Origin: a virus
Lineage: Duplodnaviria; Heunggongvirae; Uroviricota; Caudoviricetes
Reading direction: 5' to 3' (one strand)
Virus record (IMG/VR): IMGVR_UViG_2563366875_000005
DNA length: 35,327 bases
Shown here: positions 1 to 9,031 of the stretch, piece after piece
Position numbering within the stretch: the stretch's first letter is position 1
Layout: every line of letters starts with the position of its first letter
Notes under the pieces: generated by a model
Database searches by the model: none
What the model was told of the DNA's origin: nothing
What the model saw: only the letters and a program-made list of their open reading frames with translations
Made by a program: the position numbers and the translations under genes

Positions 1-1362
1 ATGTTTAAACCGGAACTCCTTTCCCCGGCGGGAACGCTGAAAAATATGCGTTACGCTTTCGCTTATGGCGCAGATGCTGTTTATGCGGGCCAGCCGCGTT
101 ATTCCCTGCGTGTGCGCAACAACGAATTCAACCACGAAAATCTTCAGCTCGGCATCAATGAAGCCCACGCGCTGGGGAAAAAGTTTTATGTCGTGGTCAA
201 CATTGCACCGCACAACGCCAAGCTGAAAACCTTTATCCGTGACCTGAAACCGGTGGTGGAAATGGGGCCGGATGCGCTGATTATGTCCGATCCAGGGCTG
301 ATTATGCTGGTGCGTGAGCACTTCCCTGAAATGCCGATCCACCTTTCGGTGCAGGCTAACGCCGTGAACTGGGCGACGGTGAAATTCTGGCAGCAAATGG
401 GCCTGACCCGCGTGATCCTCTCTCGCGAGCTGTCGCTGGAAGAGATTGAAGAGATCCGCAATCAGGTGCCGGATATGGAGATCGAGATCTTCGTTCACGG
501 CGCGCTGTGCATGGCCTACTCCGGTCGCTGCCTGCTCTCTGGCTATATCAACAAGCGCGACCCGAACCAGGGCACCTGCACCAACGCCTGCCGCTGGGAG
601 TACAACGTCCAGGAAGGGAAAGAAGATGATGTTGGCAACATCGTACACAAGTACGAGCCGATTCCGGTGCAAAATGTTGAGCCGACGCTGGGTATCGGCG
701 CACCAACCGACAAAGTGTTTATGATCGAAGAGGCCCAGCGTCCGGGCGAGTATATGACCGCGTTTGAAGATGAGCACGGCACTTACATCATGAACTCGAA
801 AGATCTGCGCGCCATCGCCCATGTAGAACGCCTGACCAAAATGGGCGTGCATTCGCTGAAAATCGAAGGTCGTACCAAATCTTTCTACTATTGTGCACGC
901 ACCGCACAGGTTTACCGCAAAGCTATCGATGACGCCGCTGCGGGAAAACCGTTCGATACCAGCCTGCTGGAAACTCTGGAAGGTCTGGCGCATCGTGGCT
1001 ATACCGAAGGTTTCCTGCGTCGTCATACTCACGACGATTATCAGAACTACGAATACGGTTATTCAGTTTCTGACCGCCAGCAGTTTGTTGGTGAGTTTAC
1101 CGGTGAGCGCAAGGGGGACCTCGCGGCGGTAACGGTGAAAAATAAATTCTCCGTTGGCGACAGCCTTGAGCTGATGACGCCGCAAGGCAACATTAATTTT
1201 ACCCTTGAGCACATGGAAAACGCCAAAGGCGAAGCTATGCCGATAGCACCAGGCGATGGTTATACTGTGTGGCTCCCGGTCCCGCAGGATCTTGAGCTCA
1301 ATTACGCGCTGCTGATGCGTAATTTCTCCGGGGAAACCACGCGTAATCCCCACGGTAAGTGA
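1..1362 (+). CDS. yegQ: U32 family peptidase YegQ (host gene)
   Basis: 453-aa ORF starting MFKPELLSPAGTLKNMRYAFAYGADAVYAGQPRY, which matches E. coli YegQ in sequence and length from memory; about 50% GC host-like composition. Confidence 0.85.
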   Translation: MFKPELLSPAGTLKNMRYAFAYGADAVYAGQPRYSLRVRNNEFNHENLQLGINEAHALGKKFYVVVNIAPHNAKLKTFIRDLKPVVEMGPDALIMSDPGLIMLVREHFPEMPIHLSVQANAVNWATVKFWQQMGLTRVILSRELSLEEIEEIRNQVPDMEIEIFVHGALCMAYSGRCLLSGYINKRDPNQGTCTNACRWEYNVQEGKEDDVGNIVHKYEPIPVQNVEPTLGIGAPTDKVFMIEEAQRPGEYMTAFEDEHGTYIMNSKDLRAIAHVERLTKMGVHSLKIEGRTKSFYYCARTAQVYRKAIDDAAAGKPFDTSLLETLEGLAHRGYTEGFLRRHTHDDYQNYEYGYSVSDRQQFVGEFTGERKGDLAAVTVKNKFSVGDSLELMTPQGNINFTLEHMENAKGEAMPIAPGDGYTVWLPVPQDLELNYALLMRNFSGETTRNPHGK

Positions 1363-1392
1363 TTAATTTCGATTATTTTTCCCGGATGGAAA

Positions 1393-1446
1393 ATTCTTAG
1401 AAACCGATCACATACAGCTGCATTTATTAAGGTTATCATCCGTTTC
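1393..1446 (+). promoter_or_regulatory. Putative cyaR promoter with CRP-like half-site
   Basis: TCACA half-site within ttagaaaccgatcaca (1396-1411), centred about 42 nt upstream of the predicted sRNA 5' end; -10-like tatcat at 1434-1439. Position-based inference only. Confidence 0.4.
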
Positions 1447-1533
1447 GCTGAAAAACATAACCCATAAAATGCTAGCTGTACCAGGAACCACCTCCTTAGC
1501 CTGTGTAATCTCCCTTACACGGGCTTATTTTTT
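1447..1533 (+). ncRNA. cyaR: CyaR (RyeE) Hfq-dependent sRNA
   Basis: gctgaaaaacataacccataaaatgctagctgtaccaggaaccacctccttagcctgtgtaatctcccttacacgggcttatttttt matches my recollection of E. coli CyaR, including the CCUCCUU seed-like stretch and a terminator hairpin plus U-run; it lies immediately downstream of yegQ as in K-12. Confidence 0.8.
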
Positions 1534-1534
1534 A
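1507..1534. repeat. Prophage att core, left copy (28-bp direct repeat)
   Basis: aatctcccttacacgggcttatttttta is repeated exactly at 34825-34852; its reverse complement matches the P2 att core AAAAAATAAGCCCGTGTAAGGGAGATT as I recall it. Overlaps the cyaR 3' end. Confidence 0.8.
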
Positions 1535-1597
1535 CGCGTAATTCAATGAAATAAAAGGATTTATTTCTGGTCACGTCCACACATTGACCACATCGAC

Positions 1598-1621
1598 AAA
1601 AAAGCCCCTCGACTGAGGGGC
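1598..1621 (-). terminator. Rho-independent terminator downstream of ogr
   Basis: Hairpin gcccctc-gact-gaggggc (1604-1621) preceded on the plus strand by an A-run (1598-1603), which is a U-run after the hairpin on the minus strand. Confidence 0.55.
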
Positions 1622-1634
1622 TTTCTGTTTGTAA

Positions 1635-1853
1635 TTACATCCACATAATTTGCTGCCCTGACGGTAACGGGTGCGGCCTTACGGCGTGGACTTCTCCCGG
1701 CTTTACGATGTATCGCTGTACCGACTCATAAGTGATGAACGTGGCGCTGCAATTCACGTTCTGGCACTGGTGATAACGCTCTTTTGTCGTGTCAGTGATA
1801 TAGCGACTTGTACGCGCATGTGCGGCATGCTGGCATAAAGGACAATGAAACAT
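1635..1853 (-). CDS. ogr: Late-gene transcriptional activator Ogr (zinc finger)
   Basis: 72-aa product MFHCPLCQHAAHARTSRYITDTTKERYHQCQNVNCSATF with a Cys4 zinc-finger pattern; ATG at 1853 (plus cat 1851-1853) with GAGG RBS. The track ORF extends to 1916, but the internal start gives the P2 Ogr length. Confidence 0.85.
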   Translation of the reverse strand: MFHCPLCQHAAHARTSRYITDTTKERYHQCQNVNCSATFITYESVQRYIVKPGEVHAVRPHPLPSGQQIMWM

Positions 1854-1934
1854 CGCGAGCACCTCTTCCGGTTTTGTTGATGGTGCCATTTTAGTTAATT
1901 TACCCTTATAAAACAAACAGATAAATAAATCGCA

Positions 1935-3098
1935 TCACTCATCATCTTCTGTTTCGTACTCCACATCAGAAAGCCTTACCTCAAGCTCCAAGGACGTCGT
2001 GAAGCCGCTATTATTGAGACAATGTGTCACCTTAGTGATGGTCCAGTCCTGCTCGTCTATGACGCGCTTAAAGCCTGACACTTTAACCGGTGTTTCCGTG
2101 TAAATATCTGCCCGACCAGTAGCCAGGCTGATGGAAAACTCCGCAACACCCCGTTGCAGTTTATCCCACTTCGCCTGAGCGGCGCGCATGGCCTGTGCTT
2201 TCGTGGCATATACCGTGGTCAGGGCAAAAACGTTGTCAGCCTCACCGGCCATGTATTCACCTTCGCGCGCTTCCGGTACTTTTGGCTCTTTCTTCTGCCT
2301 GACCGGTTTCGCTTTCGGGTGCTCCAGTGCGCGCAGGTGTTTCTCTTTCTTTTTGCGTTTCAGTTTTACCTTCTGCTTTTGCGGCTTCGGGTCTTTGGTG
2401 TGTAACCACTTTGCCGTAACGCCGGTATAGGCTCCACGGTCAGCAATCGCAAAATGATGACGGTCGCCGTCGCTGCGGGTGATGGTGACCTGCGGGATTT
2501 TTTTACCGCTGGCCGTCACCCCCTGCCCCGCTTTGAGAAACAACAGTTTTCCCATTTTTACCGACACCTCACCGCCGTTGCGTTCTGCAAGACGGGTCAG
2601 GAATTTCGCATCAGACTCCTGCGACTGGTCGATGTGCGGGATTTTAATTCCGGCCAGTGACGGAGCGACACTGGCCTCCAGCTTGTTACGGGAGGCTATC
2701 GCCTCAACAATCGCACCGAGTGTGGTGTCATGCCAGGAGCCTTCCCGGCGGGAATTGAGCGTCCCGCGAAAATCTGCACTCCGGGCGCGGATGGTGACCA
2801 CATCCGGCGCGCCCCGGTGTTCAACCTCATCAACGGTAAATTTCCCTTTGCATACCAGGGCAAAACCTTTCCAGCCGATATACACCGTCAGGACAGCGCC
2901 ACGAACCGGCAGCCCGACCTGCCCGTCGGCATCGTTCAGTTCAATATCAAGCTGGTCAGCCTCAAAGCCCCGGTTATCCGTCAGGGTCATGCTCATCAGA
3001 TGGTCGCTGATATTGCCGGTAATATCCCTGCTGTCGAGCATCAGCATGTAATCCGGCGTCAGCGTACTGCCTGCATCAAATGTCAGCGCATCCAACAT
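1935..3098 (-). CDS. D: P2 gpD-like late tail protein D
   Basis: 387 aa, the same length and position as P2 D (after U, before ogr); ATGA-type overlap with the U stop at 3098. Confidence 0.85.
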   Translation of the reverse strand: MLDALTFDAGSTLTPDYMLMLDSRDITGNISDHLMSMTLTDNRGFEADQLDIELNDADGQVGLPVRGAVLTVYIGWKGFALVCKGKFTVDEVEHRGAPDVVTIRARSADFRGTLNSRREGSWHDTTLGAIVEAIASRNKLEASVAPSLAGIKIPHIDQSQESDAKFLTRLAERNGGEVSVKMGKLLFLKAGQGVTASGKKIPQVTITRSDGDRHHFAIADRGAYTGVTAKWLHTKDPKPQKQKVKLKRKKKEKHLRALEHPKAKPVRQKKEPKVPEAREGEYMAGEADNVFALTTVYATKAQAMRAAQAKWDKLQRGVAEFSISLATGRADIYTETPVKVSGFKRVIDEQDWTITKVTHCLNNSGFTTSLELEVRLSDVEYETEDDE

Positions 3099-3577
3099 TA
3101 TCCCGCCCCCGTCATACCCGTGAATCTGGTCGCCATACTGCCAGCCTTACCGATGAGCGATTCCGCCTGTTTACCGATATCGCCATACAGCGCGGACAGT
3201 GATTCATCAACGCGGGTGAGCGACAGCGTAAAATCAATTTTTCGGGGTGTGCCGTCTGCAAAGAAAATACTCCCTGTTTCACTCACCTTGCTGATGACAT
3301 ACATGCCGTAAATCATGCCAGTGCCATCCAGCAACGGCCACGCCCGGCCTTCCTCAGCCATCAGCCTGAGCGTGGTCATCGTCAGCTTTCCGCCGGTCAG
3401 TTCGGGATAAAGCACACCGGCAAGCGTGATGTTTTCCTCACCCACACCGAGAAATTGAAAGGCATCCCGTTTGCCGATACGGGAATTTGACGGCCAGCGA
3501 TAATCTGATTCACGCTGCATGGTCTGGTGTGGCAGCGTCTGGCGCATAAAAACAAACATACCTAACGCGAGCATCAT
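3098..3577 (-). CDS. U: Tail protein U (gpU-like)
   Basis: 159 aa; position between T and D as in P2. Confidence 0.85.
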   Translation of the reverse strand: MMLALGMFVFMRQTLPHQTMQRESDYRWPSNSRIGKRDAFQFLGVGEENITLAGVLYPELTGGKLTMTTLRLMAEEGRAWPLLDGTGMIYGMYVISKVSETGSIFFADGTPRKIDFTLSLTRVDESLSALYGDIGKQAESLIGKAGSMATRFTGMTGAG

Positions 3578-3591
3578 TTTTCGTCACCTCC

Positions 3592-6039
3592 TTAACCATC
3601 ATGCATCATGCTGGCACGGGCGCGCGCACGTTTATCCCGCTCGTATTTTTCGAGCGCATCCTGTAACTGGCGGTCAAGCTGTGTCCCCGGCGCAGTACCA
3701 CCCGTCAGGCTGATGTGATATTCGTTTTTACTCTGGTCCACATAAGAGCGGCCAGCCGGTGCCGTAACCGGCTGATAAGCCTGATAACCTGCATAAGAGC
3801 TGGTCGCCGGAATATAACCACCGGTGCCATACGTGGCGGCATGAGTTCTGGCGGCGGTCTGGTCAAGTGTGTCTGACTCTTTGTTGATAACCCCGAGTTT
3901 TTCCAGTACCCAGTCAATACCGCTGCGCAGTTTGTTGAACGCATTAAGCGGCAGCATCAGCGCGTCAGCCAGTGCCTGCCCGAACATGACCCCCGTGTCA
4001 CGGCAACGGTTCAGGGTGTCCTGTGTGGCTTTAACCGGGGCAATCAGATTTTTAAACCACTGCCACGCGGCCTGTAACTTTTCGCCCAGCCAGTCAAACA
4101 CCGGTTTCAGTGGCGTGAACAGCTCCCTCACCGGCGCAAATGCCGCTTTCAGCCCTTCAACCACACCGCCAAAGAATGCGCTGACAGGCTCCCAGTATTT
4201 ACGGATAAGCAACGCCCCGGCGACAATGGCGGCCACCACAGCCACAACCGGCCAGCTAATCGCCCCGATGGCCGTCATAACGGCACTGCCAACCGTCGTG
4301 AAGATTGCACCCATTGCGCCTGCTGCCGCGATGATGGCATTAATGCCGGTGATAACCGGCCAGGCTACGAGGCCAATGGCACCGATGACACCAGTCAGCG
4401 CCAGTGCACCACCGACAATGATGCCGATGGTTGACGCCAGTGATTTGTTTTTCTGTATCCAGCCGTCGAGTTTTAACACATACTTTGTGGCCGTCTGCGT
4501 GAGCTTACGCAGTGCGCCTTCCTGCTGGTCAAACAGGTCAGTCCCCACCGCCTCATAAGCGGACTGAAACTCCTTAAAGTCACCGCCTAGGTTGTCCTGC
4601 ATGATATTTACCAACTCTGCGGTCTTTCCGTCTGAGGCTTTAAACGCAGCGGTCAGTTTGTCCAGCTTTCCGGTTGAGGCGGCAGTCATCAGCACGGCGG
4701 CGGCTGAGCTGGCCTCCTCCCCGAAAATGGTTTTCATGTATTCAGCCTGCTGGGCAGTACCGAGCCGGTTTTTCTCAAAACTGGCCTGCATTTCTTTCAG
4801 AATGGTAAATACTGGTCGAGTATTCCCTTTACTGTCTGAGGTTTTCACGCCAAGCTCTTTCAGTGCATCCCATGCTTTTCCCGTCGGTGCCTGCAGGCGA
4901 CTTAACACGGCACGGCTTCCCGTCCCCGCCATTGAACCGGTAATTTTTGCATCATGCAGCGCCCCGACCATTGCGGCGGTTTCTTCAATGCTGACACCAG
5001 CATTTTTTGCCACAGGTGCGGCATAGGTCAGCGCATCGCTCATGCCATCAAAATCGGCGGCGGTTTTGTTCATCGTCATGGAGAGAACATCCCCGATATG
5101 AGCGACCTTATCGTTTGAAAGCTGAAAGGCGGATTTCATCCCCATCAGCAGGGCGGCGTTTTCTTCCATCGTGCGACGGTTCGCCAGCGCCATATTCAGC
5201 GTGACCGGCGTTGCCGCCTGAATGGCATCAACATCCCCACCGGCTTTCGCAATAATAATCTGCGCACCGGCTGCATCATCTGCCGAGGCTGCGGTATTGT
5301 CGCCGAGCTGGCGCGCCTGCTTGCGTAGTGCAGCCATTTCGGCGGAGTCTTTTGCCACACCGAGCACAGCCTGCAATTCTGAGTTTTTCTGCGCAAACTC
5401 ATAACCGGGCATCAGCAGCTTAACTCCGGCCATCGTTCCCGCAGCAGCAATCCCCACACCGGCAGCGCCCACTGAGGCCATATTTCCGGCCAGTTCCTTT
5501 CCGGCCTGATAACGCTGTTTTACTGCGTTAAGTTTTGCCTGTTGTGCACTGACACGCGCCAGCGCGTCACGCTGACGGTTAAGCTGTGCGGTGGTTTCAC
5601 TGATACGGTTTTTCAGTCCCTGCTCATCATGTGCAAGATTGCGGGTATTAATTCCCACAGCGGCCAGTTCCCGCTGCTGGCGTTTAATGGAATCTGTCAG
5701 GCGGTTATATTTCGCCTGTAAGTCCTCCGCCGCACGCTTTGCGGATTCCAGCACTTTCGCCTGAGCACGGGTCGGACGTTCAGTGTTTTTAAACTGTGTG
5801 GCAAGGGCTTCGGCTTCCTGCCGTGCCTTTTCAAGTGCATGACCAGTCACGGCAAGCTGTGCGCTGGTCTTGCGAAATCCCTCAATACGGGATGCGTGAC
5901 CGTTCAGCTCGCGCAGTGATTTTTGTGTTTCCCGGATATCCCCCGACAGCGACTTACTCGCTGTGCGGATGGATTTAAACGGGCGGGATGCCTGGTCAAC
6001 AGCCCTGAGCAATACCTGTAATTTTACATTGTTACTCAT
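3592..6039 (-). CDS. T: Tail tape measure protein (gpT)
   Basis: 815 aa; long coiled-coil N-terminal half, then Gly/Ala-rich hydrophobic segments typical of tape measure proteins; follows E/E'. Confidence 0.9.
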   Translation of the reverse strand: MSNNVKLQVLLRAVDQASRPFKSIRTASKSLSGDIRETQKSLRELNGHASRIEGFRKTSAQLAVTGHALEKARQEAEALATQFKNTERPTRAQAKVLESAKRAAEDLQAKYNRLTDSIKRQQRELAAVGINTRNLAHDEQGLKNRISETTAQLNRQRDALARVSAQQAKLNAVKQRYQAGKELAGNMASVGAAGVGIAAAGTMAGVKLLMPGYEFAQKNSELQAVLGVAKDSAEMAALRKQARQLGDNTAASADDAAGAQIIIAKAGGDVDAIQAATPVTLNMALANRRTMEENAALLMGMKSAFQLSNDKVAHIGDVLSMTMNKTAADFDGMSDALTYAAPVAKNAGVSIEETAAMVGALHDAKITGSMAGTGSRAVLSRLQAPTGKAWDALKELGVKTSDSKGNTRPVFTILKEMQASFEKNRLGTAQQAEYMKTIFGEEASSAAAVLMTAASTGKLDKLTAAFKASDGKTAELVNIMQDNLGGDFKEFQSAYEAVGTDLFDQQEGALRKLTQTATKYVLKLDGWIQKNKSLASTIGIIVGGALALTGVIGAIGLVAWPVITGINAIIAAAGAMGAIFTTVGSAVMTAIGAISWPVVAVVAAIVAGALLIRKYWEPVSAFFGGVVEGLKAAFAPVRELFTPLKPVFDWLGEKLQAAWQWFKNLIAPVKATQDTLNRCRDTGVMFGQALADALMLPLNAFNKLRSGIDWVLEKLGVINKESDTLDQTAARTHAATYGTGGYIPATSSYAGYQAYQPVTAPAGRSYVDQSKNEYHISLTGGTAPGTQLDRQLQDALEKYERDKRARARASMMHDG

Positions 6040-6459
6040 TCGTGTTTCCGCTTCGCCGGAGCGCCTTTTCGCGCCATGTGATGAGTTCGGTCAGACTCAT
6101 GGGATACAGTTCTGATGGCGGCCAGTGAAATATCACTGCCACATCCGCCATCAGGTCATCGACCGACAGATTTTTCGGAAACGTCACTGCACCGAGTTCG
6201 GCAACAAAAAACCGACCACCTTACCGGCCAGCGCCACAAGGTCAGGCAGTTCCAGCGCGGCGACTTCCTGCTCGGTCAGCATCGGTGCCGTCATGCGCGG
6301 CAGCACTTTAATCAGTGCATCGACTTCGGAGTTCGCGACTGCAGCCAGACTGACACCGCGCAGCGTCCCGGCATTGGGTTTCATCAGCGTGACCTGTTCG
6401 ATAACCTGCTCACCACGTTTGACCGGATTGTCCAGGGTAATGACGTTTTCTTTGTTCAT
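6032..6459 (-). CDS. E': Tail assembly chaperone E+E' (-1 programmed frameshift product)
   Basis: Slippery heptamer TTTTTTG on the minus strand (plus 6205-6211) within codons GGT TTT TTG near the E 3' end. I translated the -1 frame by hand: it continues VAELGAVTFPKNLSVDDLMADV...REKALRRSGNTNE and stops at TAA (plus 6032-6034), overlapping the T start. This gives about 142 aa total, as for P2 E+E'. Confidence 0.65.
6184..6459 (-). CDS. E: Tail assembly chaperone E
   Basis: 91 aa, MNKENVITLDNPVKRGEQVIEQ...; position between FII and T. Confidence 0.85.
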   Translation of the reverse strand: MNKENVITLDNPVKRGEQVIEQVTLMKPNAGTLRGVSLAAVANSEVDALIKVLPRMTAPMLTEQEVAALELPDLVALAGKVVGFLLPNSVQ

Positions 6460-6515
6460 GGTTTTCTCACTTCTGAATCGGGGTTAACCGGTCAGCCAGG
6501 CTGACCGGATGAAAA

Positions 6516-7034
6516 TCACAGGCCGATATTGCGGCGGTGTTGCTCCAGCCGGTCGACGCCGTTCACCTTCTCAATCATGTTGATGGTGTCGATTTCGACC
6601 AACTCCTTACCGTCCATCGTCAGCCGGAAATAGGTGCAGACCACGGAGATTTTCGACTCGGTGTCTTCTCCCTGTTTGCCCTCGCCGGTGTCGATTTCTT
6701 TCTGACGTCCACGCATGACCACCTCGACGGCCACCGTTTCGCCGGTATCGTCGCGCTGGTAAGAGCCTGCAAAACGAATCGGTACGGCATCCACACCGGT
6801 TGCGGCGTAAAGCTCCCAGATAACCGAATCCGGGAAGCCACCGAGCGACCACTCCATTGACAGCGCATCGTCATCAAGGCCGAGGTCTACCGGTGCGCTG
6901 CCGTTCATCCCCGCACCGCGATAGTTTTCGAGCTTACGGGTCAGTTTTGGCAGCGTGACGGACTTCGCGACGCCCTGATAGCTGTAGCCGTTCAGAAAGA
7001 CGTTCATTAACTTGAGTTTGCGCGGCATTGCCAT
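6516..7034 (-). CDS. FII: Tail tube protein (gpFII)
   Basis: 172 aa, immediately downstream of the sheath gene. Confidence 0.9.
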   Translation of the reverse strand: MAMPRKLKLMNVFLNGYSYQGVAKSVTLPKLTRKLENYRGAGMNGSAPVDLGLDDDALSMEWSLGGFPDSVIWELYAATGVDAVPIRFAGSYQRDDTGETVAVEVVMRGRQKEIDTGEGKQGEDTESKISVVCTYFRLTMDGKELVEIDTINMIEKVNGVDRLEQHRRNIGL

Positions 7035-7046
7035 CGGTCAGGCTCC

Positions 7047-8237
7047 TTAATTGCTGTTAACCGAGGTGACCAGATTTGCCAGGTATTTATCAGTAATACG
7101 CTGGCGCAGGGTCAGGTTTTCAAGAGGAGGCACCGGGGTATAGTCGTAGTCGATATACAGTTTTCCGGCCTTGAGGGTTTCCGCATCGTTGGATTCTTCG
7201 CTGAACCAGCAGGTCGCATCCACGATATAGCCGTTTGTTTTCAGCTCACGGAATTTGGCATTGATGCCGTCAACGATGTCGCGAATCAGCGTTGCGGTGA
7301 TGGGCTTGTCCACCGCCCACATGTGCGCCTCAGCCATCGTGTCGGCCAGCACCTGCGCGGTGCGGGTGTAGTTTTCAAAGAGGAACAGCGGGTCATCAGA
7401 GCAGGTACGGTTACCCCAGAAGCGAAAACCGTCGCGGCGAATCAGCGTTGTGACGCCTGACTCGTTAAGCAGGTCAGCATCGGTGCCGGACTCCTGCAAA
7501 TCCCAGAATACAGAGGCGCTGATGCCGGTAACACCGTTCACCCCGACATTGGACAGCGTTTTATGCCAGCCCTGCTCCTGGTCGATTTTAGCGCGCAGCC
7601 CCAGCGCACGGGCGGTGGCATACGCGGTGGCGGTGGTACTGGTGACCGTATCCCATGCGAGGAAATCCGGCCAGATGACCATCAGCTCACGCTGGCTGAA
7701 ATTCTGACGGTAGGCTTTCACCTCGGAAATGGTTTTACAGCCCCATGCGCTGATATACCCGAAAGCGCGCAACTTCTGACAGACTGATGCCAGTGCAACA
7801 GCCACCTCTTTGGTGTCCAGTCCCGGCACGCCGAGAATACGCGGTTTAACACCGGTTACCGACTCCGCCGCCAGCAGGGCTTTCAGTCCGGTGTACTGAC
7901 CGTTTTCGTCGGTGGTGCCGATGATATTGGAAACGGTCTGCGCGAGTTTCGTTTCCTCGTCGTCGCCGGTGCCGTCTTCCACACGCACGACAACGGTGAC
8001 CGGTTTTGACTGGTCGGCGATGGCCTGCAACGATGCCGCCAGCGTGCCTTTTTTACCGGCCTTTGCAATTGCGCTCTGCACATTGGTAATCAGCACCGGT
8101 TTATTGAGGGGGAAGGTTTCCGCATCCGCATCGCTGGCCGTGCAGACCATGCCGACAATGGCAGTGGATACGGTGGAAATGACGCGGGTGCCGTCGTTAA
8201 TCTCCAGCACCTGCACGCCGTGATGATAGTCACTCAT
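7047..8237 (-). CDS. FI: Contractile tail sheath protein (gpFI)
   Basis: 396 aa, MSDYHHGVQVLEINDGTRVIS..., the length and N-terminus of P2 FI from memory. Confidence 0.9.
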   Translation of the reverse strand: MSDYHHGVQVLEINDGTRVISTVSTAIVGMVCTASDADAETFPLNKPVLITNVQSAIAKAGKKGTLAASLQAIADQSKPVTVVVRVEDGTGDDEETKLAQTVSNIIGTTDENGQYTGLKALLAAESVTGVKPRILGVPGLDTKEVAVALASVCQKLRAFGYISAWGCKTISEVKAYRQNFSQRELMVIWPDFLAWDTVTSTTATAYATARALGLRAKIDQEQGWHKTLSNVGVNGVTGISASVFWDLQESGTDADLLNESGVTTLIRRDGFRFWGNRTCSDDPLFLFENYTRTAQVLADTMAEAHMWAVDKPITATLIRDIVDGINAKFRELKTNGYIVDATCWFSEESNDAETLKAGKLYIDYDYTPVPPLENLTLRQRITDKYLANLVTSVNSN

Positions 8238-8330
8238 CCGTTTAACTCCGTGGTTAATGGGTGCAACTATTTTCTGTTGTGCAGAGCATGAGACGCTATT
8301 TGACCTGGCTGGTCAGTGGATGAAACAACA

Positions 8331-8360
8331 GATAAAGAAAAGGCGGGCAATCAGCCCGCC
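8331..8360 (-). terminator. Terminator-like hairpin at the backbone/cargo boundary
   Basis: ggcgggc-aatca-gcccgcc (8342-8360) preceded on the plus strand by aaagaaaa, giving a T-rich tract after the hairpin on the minus strand. Confidence 0.45.
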
Positions 8361-8595
8361 TGTCCTGACTTGCATTCACTCATTTTCCAACTGACGGTTT
8401 ACATAGCCCAAACGTTATCAAATCTGACAGCCTGCTTTGAGCGAACAGCAGAATTTCACAACTGTCATCGCCATTGAGGATGCTCAGCTAACCTTTTACA
8501 TGTTAATCGACAGGGAGCACCTCAGCACCACATGCCACTTAACAGGTTTACTCATTGATTTTTATATGAAAAAACCTTGCTTTCAATAGCACGCC

Positions 8596-8623
8596 TTGAT
8601 TTCTATCGCTGTAATGTTAGAAT
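8596..8623 (+). promoter_or_regulatory. Putative sigma70 promoter for the cargo operon
   Basis: TTGATT (8596-8601), 16-bp spacer, TAGAAT (8618-8623), about 28 bp upstream of the ATG at 8651. By-eye match only. Confidence 0.3.
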
Positions 8624-8650
8624 GTAAAAAAACTCATTTATACAGCATTT

Positions 8651-9031
8651 ATGGATAATATATCTCTTGATTACTTCCCTGTTATAATATTGGTTTTAGC
8701 TTTTTTTATGAAAGTTTCTATAGGTAGAGGTTTTGCCTTAAGTAATTATGGAGTTGGTTTATTAGAACTACCTGTTGACCTATTTTTTGTTTCAATTTCA
8801 ATATTTGCCACAACTATTCTTACTCATTCCGATAATATCCAGCAAAAAATTCAAACCCTAATTATATATTTAATATTTACTGTAGTGTCAGCAATTCTTT
8901 GGCGTTTCAATGAGACCCTATTCTTATCACAAACAAAGAAAAGATGGTGGTGCGCTCTTTTGATCCCTGCAAACATAATAATTGCATTTTATTTCTTTAT
9001 GATCACAATTGATTTGGTGAAGCAACAATGA
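8651..9031 (+). CDS. Small multi-pass membrane protein (cargo gene 1)
   Basis: 126 aa with about four hydrophobic helices (YFPVIILVLAFFM, LPVDLFFVSISIFATTIL, IQTLIIYLIFTVVSAILW, WWCALLIPANIIIAFYFFMITIDLV); very AT-rich; stop overlaps the next start (ATGA at 9028-9031); no obvious Shine-Dalgarno. Confidence 0.7.
   Translation: MDNISLDYFPVIILVLAFFMKVSIGRGFALSNYGVGLLELPVDLFFVSISIFATTILTHSDNIQQKIQTLIIYLIFTVVSAILWRFNETLFLSQTKKRWWCALLIPANIIIAFYFFMITIDLVKQQ

Noticed and set aside
1507-1534. Integration into a tRNA gene
   Set aside because: The att core lies in the 3' end of the cyaR sRNA, not a tRNA; I saw no tRNA-like cloverleaf or T-arm motif at either junction.
2479-3051. Long antisense ORFs inside backbone genes (for example 2479-3051 +, 3869-4558 +, 12817-13329 +, 14286-14786 +, 19820-20419 +, 21739-22197 +, 23981-24430 -)
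   Set aside because: They lie opposite well-supported P2 structural genes in GC-rich DNA, where long spurious ORFs are expected, and none has start signals or recognisable motifs.
8238-8330. Ogr-box (TGT-N12-ACA) for the FI late promoter
   Set aside because: I found only imperfect candidates (for example tgtgcagagcatgagacg at 8277-8294) at an implausible distance from the FI start, so no specific site is annotated.
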